From an uncultured Planctomycetia bacterium (lineage in GTDB: Bacteria > Omnitrophota > Gorgyraeia > Duberdicusellales > 4484-171), in NCBI GenBank assembly GCA_964455085.1, contig CAYVYJ010000001.1:84475-140027 (forward strand): a DNA stretch of 55,553 nt. The letters are read 5' to 3'. The translations under genes were made by a program, and so were the position numbers. Positions within the stretch are counted from its first letter, which is position 1. Each line of letters opens with the position of its first letter. Below are positions 55,165 through 55,553 of the stretch, one piece after another. The notes below the pieces were generated by a model. The model was not told the DNA's origin. It saw only the letters and a program-made list of their open reading frames with translations, and did not search any database.

Positions 55165-55551
55165 TTATTCGGGTTTTTTTCGTAATCTTCTTACCAAAAA
55201 TGATATACCAGAGACTGGTATGACAACTAAGGAAATCCAGAAAACCATAATAAAAAACCACTCTAATGCATCTCTTATAACTTCCTTATCTTTTATGATG
55301 GACGTGAAAAGAATTGCCATAAAAACTGCTAAAACAACAATAGTAAGAAACACATGCTGGGCCCATCTCTTAAATCTGACCAATCCTACGATTATGTATA
55401 CATACCCTAACATAACAGGAGTAATCAATATGCTAGACATACTACCAAAAGAAAGTGCAAAATAAACCCAGAATGCCTTTAGTGAATATAAAGCTAAAGC
55501 TATTAATGGTATCCGTACTAAAACTTTTAAAATTTGTTTGTTCGTAAACAT
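55165..55551 (-). CDS. Hypothetical 4-TM membrane protein (no family recognised)
   Basis: 128-aa ORF with four hydrophobic stretches and a basic tail (RRLRKKPE). Its ATG is 2 nt from the window edge, so the true start and upstream context are unseen. Confidence 0.5.
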   Translation of the reverse strand: MFTNKQILKVLVRIPLIALALYSLKAFWVYFALSFGSMSSILITPVMLGYVYIIVGLVRFKRWAQHVFLTIVVLAVFMAILFTSIIKDKEVIRDALEWFFIMVFWISLVVIPVSGISFLVRRLRKKPE

Positions 55552-55553
55552 CT

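Overview
This 55.5-kb window comes from a low-GC bacterium (hand-sampled stretches are about 37-40% GC). Its envelope genes are diderm-type: LptF/G, a LolC/D-like pair and MlaEFD. Nearly everything is housekeeping, and 57 of 60 CDS lie on the minus strand, mostly with tiny gaps or ATGA/TAATG overlaps.

In minus-strand transcription order (high to low coordinates):
- two orphan membrane proteins and two single-domain PilZ genes;
- an Opp/Dpp-type ABC permease with no binding-protein gene in the window;
- lysS, a lolC/lolD-like pair and ilvE;
- mcsA-mcsB-clpC, fused without gaps to an unknown exported protein and mlaE-mlaF-mlaD;
- radA, a PIN/TRAM (YacL-like) gene, ispDF, cysS, tmk, holB, a PSP1/RicT-like gene, metG, tatD and mtnA;
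- a GC-rich GNAT gene, thiL, tsaE, tsaB and alr;
- the only plus-strand block: comF-lptF-lptG;
- a PAS/GAF histidine kinase, a receiver-only regulator and a PilZ protein;
- vanZ, an rluA-family gene, a thioesterase and a DUF192 gene;
- a contiguous 12-gene arginine plus lysine block (argC-J-B-D-F-G-H, lysA, dapF, dapA, dapB, dapL);
- a PEBP gene, eno, ftsB and an initiator tRNA-Met.

I found no rRNA, CRISPR array, transposase, integrase, phage gene or recognisable defence gene, and I cannot support a new multi-gene system here.

The non-ordinary signals are:
1. a dispersed REP-like palindrome family (GGTT[T/G]AGG-N5-CCT[A/C]AACC) wedged between cistrons, in places supplying stop codons and C-terminal codons;
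2. a repeat-saturated orphan locus at 53.5-55.5 kb, with a duplicated ~100-nt module (REP hairpin, purine tract, perfect palindrome) after each orphan membrane-protein gene;
3. an unknown exported protein translationally coupled between clpC and mlaE;
4. a GATTA/TAATC pentamer array upstream of dapA;
5. a perfect consensus promoter placed so that lysS would be nearly leaderless;
6. a ~0.5-kb GC-rich single-gene GNAT island.

All functional calls rest on motif and family recognition by eye. No database search was run.
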